From a virus (lineage: Duplodnaviria > Caudoviricetes): a stretch of 24,453 nt of DNA. A program made the position numbers and the translations under genes. Numbering within the stretch: the first letter of the stretch is position 1; the number at the start of each line of letters is the position of its first letter. The stretch is from the IMG/VR virus record IMGVR_UViG_3300025154_000375, positions 1-24,453 of that record; one strand, 5' to 3'. This document shows positions 15,172 through 24,021 of this stretch, in pieces. The notes under the pieces are model-generated. The model made no database searches. It was given only the letters and a program-made list of their open reading frames with translations, and had not been told where the DNA came from.

Positions 15172-16149
15172 TTAGCTGATGATCTCGGTCTTCATGAACT
15201 GCTGGCCGGTGGGCTTGGTCGAGTCGAGCAGGACGGTGCCGACCATCGACAAGACCGACTCGCCGTCGCCGATCTGCGGCCGGTCGCCGTCCATGATCAG
15301 CTTGACCTTGTGGTAGGTGATGCGCTGGCGCGGCCCGAGGTCGTCGGCGTCCGAGACGAAGGTCAGCTTGCGCTCGATCGCCTGGGCCGACAGGGCGTGC
15401 ACGGTGTTGATCGCGGCCGCCAGGTGGTCGCACCAGATGAAGCAGGTGGCCCCGATGTCGCTGCCCGGCATCTTCATGATGTAGCCGTAGTCGGCATCGA
15501 TCCGGTAATCGTCCTCGAGCGTGTAGCGGACGGTGGCGGTGGCGGCGTCGCAGACCACCATGTCGGCCAGGGTCTCGATCGAGGTGGCGGCGGCGGTGGC
15601 CAGGGATATCGAACCGGTCAACGTCTCTCCGGAGGAGAAGGTTCCGGAAACGTCAACCAGCTCGACAAAGCCCGAACCCACCCAGCCGACCACGCCGGTG
15701 GCGGACGAGGTGCCACCGGTGATCGTCTCGCCGAGGTCGAACGGCCCGCCGGTGACGGCGCCGTGCCCGACCTTGGTGAGAAAGCAGTTGACCTTGCCGA
15801 CGTCGGCGTATTCCTTCTCGGTCATCGTCACTTCCACCGCCGACAATGTGCCGGCGGCCTGGCTGGTGACGCTGGCGGCGTTGGCGGAGAGATAGAGCTC
15901 CAGGTTCTCGATCGACGACTCGCGCATACCGAACTTGACGGATGCCTCGCGCTCGGTCTCGACCTCCTTGATGGTCGCCCGGGCGGCGGTGCGGTTCGAT
16001 TTGATCTTCTCGGTGGAGACCGACACCGAGTCGGACAGGCCGTCCATCTCGCCGATCTCCATGCCGACCCCGGCCGCGCCGACGGCGGCGACGTAGAGCC
16101 TGCCGGTGCCGTTGATGCGGATATTGTCTGCGTTGCTTGCAATAGGCAT
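15172..16149 (-). CDS. Major tail (tube) protein, 325 aa, with inserted domain
   Basis: NIRINGTGRLYVA N-terminus, strong AAGGAGG RBS, directly before the chaperone. Confidence 0.85.
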   Translation of the reverse strand: MPIASNADNIRINGTGRLYVAAVGAAGVGMEIGEMDGLSDSVSVSTEKIKSNRTAARATIKEVETEREASVKFGMRESSIENLELYLSANAASVTSQAAGTLSAVEVTMTEKEYADVGKVNCFLTKVGHGAVTGGPFDLGETITGGTSSATGVVGWVGSGFVELVDVSGTFSSGETLTGSISLATAAATSIETLADMVVCDAATATVRYTLEDDYRIDADYGYIMKMPGSDIGATCFIWCDHLAAAINTVHALSAQAIERKLTFVSDADDLGPRQRITYHKVKLIMDGDRPQIGDGESVLSMVGTVLLDSTKPTGQQFMKTEIIS

Positions 16150-16161
16150 AAAAAATCCTCC

Positions 16162-16620
16162 TTACCGCACAGGATGGCGGCTCGATTTGAGAAGGCTGAA
16201 ACTGACAGCCGAATAACTGATGTAATGAGGATGGCTTGGTTGCTGATACGAGTCGCCGACCACCCTGACCTGCTGGGTGAGGTTTGACTTGAACAGCACC
16301 GCCTCAACCCTGGTCCGCAGTTCCTCGGCCTGCAGCATGCCGGTATAGATATGGCGCAGGCCGCTGACCGCGATGGCATCGCTGAGCACCCCCGAGCCGA
16401 GATCCATGCCGAAGCGCTGGTACTTCTCGTCGTCGCCCTTCAACTCCGAGATGTGCACCACGGCCACCAGCGGCCAGTATTCATCCGGCGGCGGGTTACG
16501 CTCGTCGATCCCGACAAAAACGCACAGGCCTTGCCCGAAGGTCTCGGTGCACCAGGCCTGCAGGCCGGTATCGGCAGCCAGGTGCTCGGCCACCAGCAGG
16601 GTCAGTTCGTGCGCGGTCAT
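16162..16620 (-). CDS. Tail terminator-like protein (gpU position)
   Basis: 152 aa; VFVGIDERNPP..WPLVAV pattern; immediately upstream of the tail tube. Confidence 0.7.
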   Translation of the reverse strand: MTAHELTLLVAEHLAADTGLQAWCTETFGQGLCVFVGIDERNPPPDEYWPLVAVVHISELKGDDEKYQRFGMDLGSGVLSDAIAVSGLRHIYTGMLQAEELRTRVEAVLFKSNLTQQVRVVGDSYQQPSHPHYISYSAVSFSLLKSSRHPVR

Positions 16621-17258
16621 GCCTTTTTTCCTCCGAATTGATAGCGGTCGAACGAGGCCCAGAACTTCCGGGCGAACAGCGGCGTGACCTCATCCTCGAT
16701 CTTCCTGAATACCGGGTCGAAGATCGGCCGGGCCGGGATATCGAGGCTGTCGGTGTCCTTGCGCAGCGGGAAGAAGTTGATGCCGACGACGTGCTCGCCG
16801 CGGGTCGCCTTCTTGGTCGCCGCCATCTTCCGCCGCATCTTGTCGGTGACCTGGACCGTCTCGCCCTGGTCGATGCGCCGGGCGATCGGGGCGATCTGCG
16901 GATCGAAACTGCCCGGCTTGCCCTTCTTCGACTTGCCGAAATCGATCTGTACCAGGCCGCCATCGCTGCTCACCCGGTAGCGTGAGAACTTGCCCAGCCA
17001 CACCGCCGGCGAGCGCGGCCGGTTAGACCGCAGGGCCCAGACCTCGGTACCGCCTTTTTTCTTGAACAGCTCCGTCAGGTCGTGCAGGTCCTGCCATTCC
17101 GGCGGACCGTATTCCAGATGGTTGCGCAGGGTCTGCTGGACGAACCAGCCGACCGAGCCCATCGCCGACCGGCGCGCCCGGGCAAAGAGGCCGCCGAGAC
17201 CCATTACCGATCGGGTCATCTCGTCGAGCCCGCTGTGCTGCAGCTTGACCTCGAGCAT
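16617..17258 (-). CDS. Tail completion/neck protein (gpZ position)
   Basis: 213 aa, basic, C-terminal IPARPIFDP motif. Confidence 0.75.
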   Translation of the reverse strand: MLEVKLQHSGLDEMTRSVMGLGGLFARARRSAMGSVGWFVQQTLRNHLEYGPPEWQDLHDLTELFKKKGGTEVWALRSNRPRSPAVWLGKFSRYRVSSDGGLVQIDFGKSKKGKPGSFDPQIAPIARRIDQGETVQVTDKMRRKMAATKKATRGEHVVGINFFPLRKDTDSLDIPARPIFDPVFRKIEDEVTPLFARKFWASFDRYQFGGKKA

Positions 17259-17605
17259 CAGGACCTCCTGAAGGTCGGCAGGGGTTCCTTGCGCAGGGCC
17301 ACGTGCCGGCTGTTCTCGTCGCCGCCGCGCAGCGCGTCGGCATCGATGAACCAGGTCTCGCCGTCCGCCAGCCGCAGCACGTCGCCGGATCCCGGCTCGG
17401 CCACCTCGCTGCGCGCGATCACGCAGGAGGCCTCGGTCTCGATCATCGCCCCGCCGGCGCCGAGCAGCGTCGCCCCGCGCCTGAAGTTGATCGTCACCGG
17501 CACCGGCTGCCCGCCCTTGGCGGTGTAGGTCGCCTCAACCCCGAAATCGCCGGGGTTGAGAAACACCGTCCGGGCGTCGATCGCCATCTGCTCCTTCAGT
17601 CCCAT
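17258..17605 (-). CDS. Head-tail joining protein (gpFII-like), 115 aa
   Basis: MGLKEQMAIDARTVFLNPGDFG start; EPGSGDVLRLADGETW motif; follows the capsid gene. Confidence 0.8.
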   Translation of the reverse strand: MGLKEQMAIDARTVFLNPGDFGVEATYTAKGGQPVPVTINFRRGATLLGAGGAMIETEASCVIARSEVAEPGSGDVLRLADGETWFIDADALRGGDENSRHVALRKEPLPTFRRS

Positions 17606-17615
17606 CAGATCACCC

Positions 17616-18617
17616 CTAGATGGTGGTGATGTTGCTGAACAGGTAGGAACAGGCGGCGGCGATGTCGGAGACCGTCGCGTCATCGTCGTCGACGCTCTTC
17701 AGCAGCCGCTCGTCGGTGTCGTGCCGGACCCGGAAGATATCGCTGCGGTTGCTCTCCGCCCGGTACTGCTCGACCACGGTATTGTCGGCCGACTCCTCGG
17801 TCCACAGGAAGGTCCGGCCGAGGCACGGCTCGGAGATGTCGGCGGCGGCCGAGGTGATGGTCAGCATCGCGTACTCGTTGTTCCACAGGCTGGCGATGCT
17901 GGCGTCCTGGCCCTTCTTGGCCGAATTGTAGACCGCCCCGCCGACCAGCAGCTTCTGGATGTCGAGCAGATGGGCCAGCTGTTCGACGGTCATGTTGTTG
18001 GCGTCCTGGCCGGCGAAGTTGCCGCCGAACTGGGCCTTCAGCTGGGCGTTGCGGCGCAGGTTGAGGAAGGTCGAATAGGTGATGATCAGGGTGTTCGGCA
18101 TCATGCCGCAGGCCGCCCGCACCGCCAGCTTGGCCGTCTCGAGATCGTCGAGCGGCACCGCGTTAGTGGCGTCGTCCCACTCGTGGGTGATGCCGTGGGC
18201 GGTGAAGTTGGTGGCGTTGAAGATCTTGTTGGCCACTCGCTGCTCCTGCGCCCGCAGGACCATGTTGGTGGCCCGCTTGACGGCGATCACGTCGGCGTCG
18301 ATCGAGGCCTTGTAGAGGTTGCGCTCGCGATCGTCGACCGGCTCTTCCCAGCCATGCTCGGAGGTCGCGTATTTCCCCTGCTCGAACTCCCAGTCGCCGC
18401 GGTTGTAGTAGCCGCGCATCGCCCGCTTGGTGTCGCCGATCGACAGCAGGGCCTCTTTCGGGATCACCGGGAAGGTGGTGGCCTGGTAGGGGGTCTCGAA
18501 GATGGGCAGCACTTCCAGGCCGATAAAACCCATGCCGGGGGCCGCCTCGATATACTCCTGGACCGCGAAGCCGAGGTCAGGTCGGGCGATGCTGGTATTT
18601 GATTTCGGAAAAGGCAT
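17616..18617 (-). CDS. Major capsid protein (lambda gpE-like), 333 aa
   Basis: AAGGAG RBS before ATG at 18617; size, position and EWDDATNAVPLDD...PNTLII motifs. Confidence 0.9.
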   Translation of the reverse strand: MPFPKSNTSIARPDLGFAVQEYIEAAPGMGFIGLEVLPIFETPYQATTFPVIPKEALLSIGDTKRAMRGYYNRGDWEFEQGKYATSEHGWEEPVDDRERNLYKASIDADVIAVKRATNMVLRAQEQRVANKIFNATNFTAHGITHEWDDATNAVPLDDLETAKLAVRAACGMMPNTLIITYSTFLNLRRNAQLKAQFGGNFAGQDANNMTVEQLAHLLDIQKLLVGGAVYNSAKKGQDASIASLWNNEYAMLTITSAAADISEPCLGRTFLWTEESADNTVVEQYRAESNRSDIFRVRHDTDERLLKSVDDDDATVSDIAAACSYLFSNITTI

Positions 18618-18685
18618 GATCAAGCTCCTTATACTGTTGGTTTATCTGCACCCGCGAATGCCGCGTCAGTGTGATGTTGCGCCGT

Positions 18686-19351
18686 TTAGACGAAGGTCGC
18701 CGAGGCGTAAATGGTCGCGTACTCGGTGCCGGTCCAGATCAGCACCAGGGTCTCGTCGATCGCGTCGAAGGTCGCCACTTCCGGATCGCTGGTGACGTGG
18801 TGGGCAATCGACACCGTCGAGGAGGTGGCGGTGGTCTGCATGATGATGGTGGTCAGCCGGCCGGGCACCGTGTCGTCGGCCAGGGTGGCGGTGATCGCCC
18901 CTGCGGCCGGGTTGAGATAGGTCACCGCCCCGGGGGTGATGGCCGCATCGGCGGCGAGGGCGTTCTGCACCGCCTCGACCGCGCTCTCGCTGCTGCTCAG
19001 CACCGGCAGGACCTCGATGATATCGCCGTCGGCGGTGGCCGCCTCGATGGCGATGCCGATCTTGCCGCCCGGCACCACGGTCGCCGAGACCTTGCCGTCG
19101 GCGGCCTGGTAGACCTCGGCGCCGGCGGTGATCGCCCCGGCGGCGGTCATCTCGAAGGTGCCGCCGCAGTTCAGCAGCTTGACCGAGCAGACAGCCCCGG
19201 AGGCCACCGCGTATTCACTGACCCCGATCGCGATATCGGCAGCGGCGGCGGTGCAATGAGCGACCAGCCCGGTCGATGCCATCTTTACCAGGCGCCTGGC
19301 CAGGACTGCGGCCGAGGTGGTAAACGCCTTGATTCCTTCATTCCATCCCAT
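18686..19351 (-). CDS. Capsid decoration/cement protein (DUF2190-like) with C-terminal extra domain
   Basis: AAGAITAGAEVY...GKV...IGIAIEAATADGDIIEVL signature; lies between protease and capsid. Confidence 0.82.
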   Translation of the reverse strand: MGWNEGIKAFTTSAAVLARRLVKMASTGLVAHCTAAAADIAIGVSEYAVASGAVCSVKLLNCGGTFEMTAAGAITAGAEVYQAADGKVSATVVPGGKIGIAIEAATADGDIIEVLPVLSSSESAVEAVQNALAADAAITPGAVTYLNPAAGAITATLADDTVPGRLTTIIMQTTATSSTVSIAHHVTSDPEVATFDAIDETLVLIWTGTEYATIYASATFV

Positions 19352-19423
19352 GATCTACCTCTCTGTAGTGGTGGATAGTGTTGTTTCTCTTCGCCGGTGA
19401 AGATCTGTCCCTCGGCTGTTTCG

Positions 19424-19945
19424 CTATTTTGTGTTGGCCTTCGCCAGGTATTCCTTGTGCAGATCCGGGTGCTGCTTGGCCATCGCCTGCACGGCCTGCC
19501 CCTTGCTCAGCTTGCCGCCGGAGGCCTGGATATGGGCCTCGACCGCCGCCATGAAATCGGCCGGTCCGCCACCCGTGCCGCCGGCCTTGAGATCGTCCTG
19601 GCCGGTCTGCTCGATTGCCTCGAGCAGCCGTTTCTTCTCGGCGGCCTCGGCGGCTGAGCCAAGATCAGCGGCCGTCTCACCCTTGGCGGCAAAGCCGCAG
19701 GCGGCCAGGGCGTCCATCTGCTCGGCGGTCATGCCGGAGACTGCCAGCTTCTGGAAGCTCGCGCCCGCCTCGTCGCCGTGCAGCCGGGCATAGAGGCCGA
19801 ACAGCCGCTCCGTCTCCGCGCCCACCACGACGGTGGTCCGCTCGGCGAGGACCTTTTCGAGATCGCCGGCCGCCTCGGCCTTGGCCTCCGCGGTCAATTC
19901 GGCGTGCAACTCGGGATGTTTGGTCTTGAATTCCTCTTTCGTCAT
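19424..19945 (-). CDS. Nested in-frame scaffold protein (Nu3-like), 173 aa
   Basis: GGAGG at 19958-19954, 8 nt before internal ATG (MTKEEFKTKHPEL), just after the protease domain. Confidence 0.65.
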   Translation of the reverse strand: MTKEEFKTKHPELHAELTAEAKAEAAGDLEKVLAERTTVVVGAETERLFGLYARLHGDEAGASFQKLAVSGMTAEQMDALAACGFAAKGETAADLGSAAEAAEKKRLLEAIEQTGQDDLKAGGTGGGPADFMAAVEAHIQASGGKLSKGQAVQAMAKQHPDLHKEYLAKANTK

Positions 19946-20797
19946 CGCTTCTTCCTCCATTGCCGCGTTTCTGGCGGCGTCAATTGTTTCGGGTAAAGTC
20001 ATGATCTCGTCGATCATGCCGATGGCCAGGGCCTCGGCGGCCAGGTGGACCCGGCCGTTGCCGAACTTGGCCTGCACCTCCTCCGGGGTTGTTCTCCGGC
20101 CGTCGGCCGCCAGCTCGACAAACATGTTGTGGTAGCGCTGGATAAAACCCTGCAGGTATTCCTCTCCCTTCTCGTCGAGCGGCGCGGCGTCACTGGCCAT
20201 CCGCTTGTATTCGCCGGAGACGATAAAGGTGCGCTTGACGCCGGCCTTGGCATCGGCGCCGGAACGATCGTAATGGCAGCAGACGGCGGACACCGAACCG
20301 ACCTGCGCCGTGCGAAAACCGTAAATCCGGTCGCAGCAGGCGGCGAAGGCGTAGGCCCCGGAACAGCACTGGCCGTCGATGTAGACATTGACCGGCTTGA
20401 CGCCCCGGTTGGCCAGCATCCAGTCGCACAGCTCGAAGGTCCCGTCCACCGTGCCGCCGGGAGAATCGACCTTGACGACGATGGCGGCAATGCTCGGGTC
20501 GGTCAGGGCATCCTCCAGCAGGACCTGCATCCGCTCGGTGGAGACGCCGCCGGACCACTCGGAAAACAGGTTGAAGCGCTTGCCGATCAGCCCGATCATG
20601 CTGATCACCGCCACGCCGTCGATCACCTGGTAGGGTTTTTCGTCCTGGAGATTCTTGGCGCGGTCCTGGGCGGCAAACTCAAATTCCGAGAGATCGCGGA
20701 CCTCGCCGCTCAACCTGGCGGTGATGACCTGGTCGACAATCTCCAGGGTCTTTCGCTCCAGAACCCAGGCGGTGGTGGTGAGAAATCTATTTGGCAT
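19424..20797 (-). CDS. S49 family prohead protease with C-terminal scaffold region
   Basis: VDSPGGTVDG, CCSGAY (catalytic Ser), VGSV and SGEYKR motifs; start MPNRF overlaps the portal end. Confidence 0.93.
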   Translation of the reverse strand: MPNRFLTTTAWVLERKTLEIVDQVITARLSGEVRDLSEFEFAAQDRAKNLQDEKPYQVIDGVAVISMIGLIGKRFNLFSEWSGGVSTERMQVLLEDALTDPSIAAIVVKVDSPGGTVDGTFELCDWMLANRGVKPVNVYIDGQCCSGAYAFAACCDRIYGFRTAQVGSVSAVCCHYDRSGADAKAGVKRTFIVSGEYKRMASDAAPLDEKGEEYLQGFIQRYHNMFVELAADGRRTTPEEVQAKFGNGRVHLAAEALAIGMIDEIMTLPETIDAARNAAMEEEAMTKEEFKTKHPELHAELTAEAKAEAAGDLEKVLAERTTVVVGAETERLFGLYARLHGDEAGASFQKLAVSGMTAEQMDALAACGFAAKGETAADLGSAAEAAEKKRLLEAIEQTGQDDLKAGGTGGGPADFMAAVEAHIQASGGKLSKGQAVQAMAKQHPDLHKEYLAKANTK

Positions 20798-22364
20798 TTT
20801 CTTTTCCGGCTCCTGTCTTTTGCGCATCGGGGTAGACCAGGCCGCATGCCGTCTCGATCTCCCGTTCCTTCAACCGCACCTCGGCGATGTCGCCTTCCCA
20901 GTCCTTGCCGTCTTCGGCGGCGATGGCGGTCTGGGTGGTCATGTTGTATTTCAGCTTGAGGATGTTGGCCTGGGCCTCTTTGACCGGATCGATCTGGCCG
21001 CGGCCCTGGGGCACCCACGCCGCCTGGAAGTAGGCCTCGCGATGCAGGTAGAACTGCGGGGGGTCAAACATGTCGAGCAGGTAGGCCTCCTCCTGCACCA
21101 TGTCCCAGCAGGGCTGGCAGAGATGCCGGCCGAGCCAGTCCTGCCGGTGGCCGAACACCCGCCAGGCCTCGAGCAGTGCCGCCCGGGCCGAGCTGTAGTT
21201 CATCTCGCCGTACTTCTTGGCGGCGACCTCGTAGGGGATGCCGGCGCAGCTCGAGGCGGCCCGCAGGATCACTTCGACGAACGGTGCGAAGTTGTCGCCC
21301 GGCCGGTTGTGCTCCAGGGTCTCCGGCTTCTGGCCGGGTTCTCCGTAATAGATGCCGCCAGGCACCACTTCCTGGATGCGCTGGCCGCCAGGCAGGGTCT
21401 GCCTGAGGTTGTTGATGCCGCCGGCGGCGGCGAGGGCGGCCGCGTCGGGGTGCGGGTTGGAAATAAACAGGGCCACCGCCGAGGTGACGATGTTGGCCAC
21501 CAGCTCGGCGTCGAGATGGTCGGAGAGGTCGCGGAAGAATTTCATCGCCGGCGAAAAAAACACCTGGCCGCGGTACTGGTCCGGCTCCTTCTCGATGAAG
21601 CCGTGCAGGGCCTGCAGGCGGTGCCCGACCCTGATCCGGATCCGGGTGTAGTTGGCGGAATTGCGCTGGTGCGGCAGGCTGGGGTTGTTGTGGATCCACA
21701 GGTGGGTCTTGCGGCCTGCCCCGTCGACCTCCACGCCGTCGATGATCCGGTCGCTGCGCACCTTGTCGATCGGCGTCGACAGCCGGAGCGGGTCGACCAC
21801 CTGCAGCTTGAGCTGGAAGCGGCCGAGGCCCTTGACCATTCGCGGCAGAATCAGGTACTCGCCGCGCACCAGCATCGAGCGGTCGCCGACCAGGCAGATA
21901 TCCGTGAAGTGCTTGGTGCCCTGCAGGTCGCATTCCTTCGACCACAGGGCGAAGTTCCATTCCGCCTGGCGCTGCAGGGCCTTGACCGCCTCGGCGTCGA
22001 TCGGCAGCTGGTCCTGGCGCATCCGCGATTGCGGCGTGAAGCCGATGCCGATGGTGTTGATGTTCATCGACTCGATCAGCCCGGAGACGTGCGGATCGTT
22101 GGCCTCGAGATCAAGCGCCCGCTTGACGATCGCCTCGCGTTCCCGGCTGGCCTTGAGTTGGTCGACCCGGCGCGGGTTCCAGTTCTGCAGGGTGCCGGTC
22201 TGGCCGGCCGAACGCCGCTCGATGGTCTGCGGCGCCCCGGCGGCAATGCCGGAGGTGGCGGCCGCCGCCATCACCGCCGAGCGGGCGAGCTGCTGGGACC
22301 GGACGGCCTTCTGCAGGCGCTTATGGATTTTGGCAAGTTGTTTGGGAGAGGAAAGCCTGCTCAT
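20787..22364 (-). CDS. Portal protein, lambda family, 525 aa
   Basis: RALDLEANDP, GIPYE, NYSSARAALLE and QIDPVKE motifs. Confidence 0.96.
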   Translation of the reverse strand: MSRLSSPKQLAKIHKRLQKAVRSQQLARSAVMAAAATSGIAAGAPQTIERRSAGQTGTLQNWNPRRVDQLKASREREAIVKRALDLEANDPHVSGLIESMNINTIGIGFTPQSRMRQDQLPIDAEAVKALQRQAEWNFALWSKECDLQGTKHFTDICLVGDRSMLVRGEYLILPRMVKGLGRFQLKLQVVDPLRLSTPIDKVRSDRIIDGVEVDGAGRKTHLWIHNNPSLPHQRNSANYTRIRIRVGHRLQALHGFIEKEPDQYRGQVFFSPAMKFFRDLSDHLDAELVANIVTSAVALFISNPHPDAAALAAAGGINNLRQTLPGGQRIQEVVPGGIYYGEPGQKPETLEHNRPGDNFAPFVEVILRAASSCAGIPYEVAAKKYGEMNYSSARAALLEAWRVFGHRQDWLGRHLCQPCWDMVQEEAYLLDMFDPPQFYLHREAYFQAAWVPQGRGQIDPVKEAQANILKLKYNMTTQTAIAAEDGKDWEGDIAEVRLKEREIETACGLVYPDAQKTGAGKENAK

Positions 22365-22591
22365 CGCGCCGGTATCCCCTGGTTGACCACCAGGCCGCCG
22401 CCGCTGCCGGTGCTCGACAAGGCGGCCCGTTCGACGAGCAGCTGGGTTTCCCGGGCATAAAGAACCTGCAGGGCGGCCATGGCCTTGCGCTGGCCGAGCG
22501 CCGTGGTGTAGTCCTGGGCGGTCTCAGCCGCCGTGATGGCGGCCCTGACCGAGGCGAGGGCGGCGGTATTTTCTTCGAGGGTGCGGTACAT
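22361..22591 (-). CDS. Head completion protein (gpW-like), 76 aa
   Basis: GGAG RBS before ATG at 22591; helix-hairpin-helix pattern; ATGA overlap with the portal gene. Confidence 0.8.
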   Translation of the reverse strand: MYRTLEENTAALASVRAAITAAETAQDYTTALGQRKAMAALQVLYARETQLLVERAALSSTGSGGGLVVNQGIPAR

Positions 22592-22600
22592 AGGGGCTCC

Positions 22601-22786
22601 GTGAAAATTTAGGCCTGCTATTTTCACAAAGCATACACCCGGGTTTTACCCATGAGGTCAAAACGGGCATACTGAGCGCCCGCTCAATCCCGGTGGAACC
22701 CGGTGGAACCCGGTGGAGCCCACTGGAACCCATAAAAAAAGTGAAAAAAATACTTGACAGGGTTAAAAACGGCAAAAACCCATGAC
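22601..22786 (-). promoter_or_regulatory. Putative late-operon control region with 10-bp-phased repeats
   Basis: Minus-strand TTGACC-N20-TATGCT (non-canonical spacing); CGGTGGAACC-type units at 22691-22730; several short inverted repeats. Confidence 0.6.
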
Positions 22787-22794
22787 AAACAGGG

Positions 22795-22816
22795 CAGGGG
22801 CCGGGACCGGCCCCTG
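22795..22816 (-). terminator. Possible intrinsic terminator after the accessory genes
   Basis: Perfect inverted repeat CAGGGGCCGG-GA-CCGGCCCCTG about 20 nt after a stop codon; only a broken U-rich tract follows. Confidence 0.55.
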
Positions 22817-22835
22817 GCGGTGGGGTAACTCTTTG

Positions 22836-23132
22836 TTATGCGTAAAAAAAGCCGATACGCTCCCTTGCTTTTTTATATGCCTCAACAACACTCTCATGGC
22901 CAAAGCTGGCAAGGCATTTCAACAGGATCTCGTCCGCCTCGACATGCAGATCCTCATAGTTTTCGCTGTCAGTCACGCCCATTTCGCTGAGTCTTTTCAC
23001 TGCTTCTTCCGGCGTCATCTTATCTCCAGATTCCGGAAATCCTCCAGGCTTATAACACGCCACACCGTCTCCATCTTCACACGGAATCTTACCATCTACA
23101 TCTTTAAATCCTCTCATCTTATCTCCAGTCAT
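22836..23132 (-). CDS. Hypothetical phage protein; alternative starts at 23117 and 23018 (MTPEEAV...)
   Basis: Open frame containing two identical GGAGATAAGATG initiation signals. Confidence 0.7.
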   Translation of the reverse strand: MTGDKMRGFKDVDGKIPCEDGDGVACYKPGGFPESGDKMTPEEAVKRLSEMGVTDSENYEDLHVEADEILLKCLASFGHESVVEAYKKARERIGFFYA

Positions 23133-23158
23133 TGGCTTGTTTGGCTATTCATTGTTAA

Positions 23159-23368
23159 TCAAGGAAAATTTCCAGGAAGAAAAACGACCAGTTTTGTCGG
23201 ATCTGGATTATTGTAACCTTCATCCAGATACCACCCTTCCTCCCCCCATGTCGTTACCTTGATTTCCTCGACCTCCAAGGTAGCGTAAAATCCTGTTGTG
23301 CACACATCAACATCACCAATATCATCTTTGATCTTTTCCAATCTCTTAACCAGTTCAGAAATTTTCAT
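23159..23368 (-). CDS. Hypothetical phage protein, 69 aa
   Basis: MKISELVKRLEKIKDDIGDVDV N-terminus typical of small phage proteins; ATGA coupling; GAGGA RBS. Confidence 0.8.
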   Translation of the reverse strand: MKISELVKRLEKIKDDIGDVDVCTTGFYATLEVEEIKVTTWGEEGWYLDEGYNNPDPTKLVVFLPGNFP

Positions 23369-23682
23369 CTGGGTTTCTTCCTCATTGTCTGGAAAAGTCT
23401 TTTTAAAACAAACCGACCGACCACCGACCTCCGCTTTTTCCGCAACCGCCTGGTCTTGAGACTGCCAGGCAACCGGCGATGCTCCTGGAGATATGTCTCA
23501 GCAGACCATTCGACAAGGCCAACATCACAGACTATCTCTGTGATGTTGGAGAAAGCCCTGGCCGCCGCAGCTGCTCCTTTAAACGCAGGTTCAAGCGTCA
23601 CCAGACCAGAACCAAGACTATGCCATTGGTCAAAGCCATCCTGCAGCTTTATCTTTACCGTTCCTTCTCCCAAAAAAATCAT
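23365..23682 (-). CDS. Hypothetical basic protein, 105 aa
   Basis: GGAG RBS; basic C-terminus (RRLPGSLKTRRLRKKRR). Confidence 0.7.
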   Translation of the reverse strand: MIFLGEGTVKIKLQDGFDQWHSLGSGLVTLEPAFKGAAAAARAFSNITEIVCDVGLVEWSAETYLQEHRRLPGSLKTRRLRKKRRSVVGRFVLKRLFQTMRKKPR

Positions 23683-23707
23683 AAATTCTCCACCCCCTTA
23701 ATCCTCC

Positions 23708-23995
23708 TTACAAGCTCCGGCGAGAAATAATTTTTGCGCCGTGTTTCTTTGCCGTTTTTTCACGGACGGCAATAGGACGATTGATGGCATCATCTACCCA
23801 TACATACTTGTCTAGTCCAGCCACCTCGAAACAACAGTTGTACATTCTTTCGACAAATTCATCGGGAAGTTGATCGTTTACGATATTATATACTCCTGCC
23901 GCTTTTCCCTTCACCAGTGGCAGTAAGACAGGATCACCTTCTCTCCAGAAATTAACATCTGCAGAGCTTATATCGAGATATATTTTTTTGTCCAT
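23708..23995 (-). CDS. Hypothetical protein, 95 aa
   Basis: GGGAG RBS; co-oriented with neighbours. Confidence 0.7.
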   Translation of the reverse strand: MDKKIYLDISSADVNFWREGDPVLLPLVKGKAAGVYNIVNDQLPDEFVERMYNCCFEVAGLDKYVWVDDAINRPIAVREKTAKKHGAKIISRRSL

Positions 23996-24021
23996 CTCTT
24001 CTCCCTATCTCATTAAATGAA

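Noticed and set aside
3330-17258. Contractile tail, tailocin or eCIS
   Set aside because: No sheath or baseplate wedge genes recognised, and a full capsid module is present.
22641-22781. AAAACCC shared between the left-end array and the late control region
   Set aside because: A 7-mer that also occurs elsewhere (for example 24443); too short to support a link.
22754-22786. Plus-strand promoter from a perfect TTGACA
   Set aside because: No -10 element at 16-18 nt spacing, and the downstream plus ORF 22782..23216 is antisense to credible genes.
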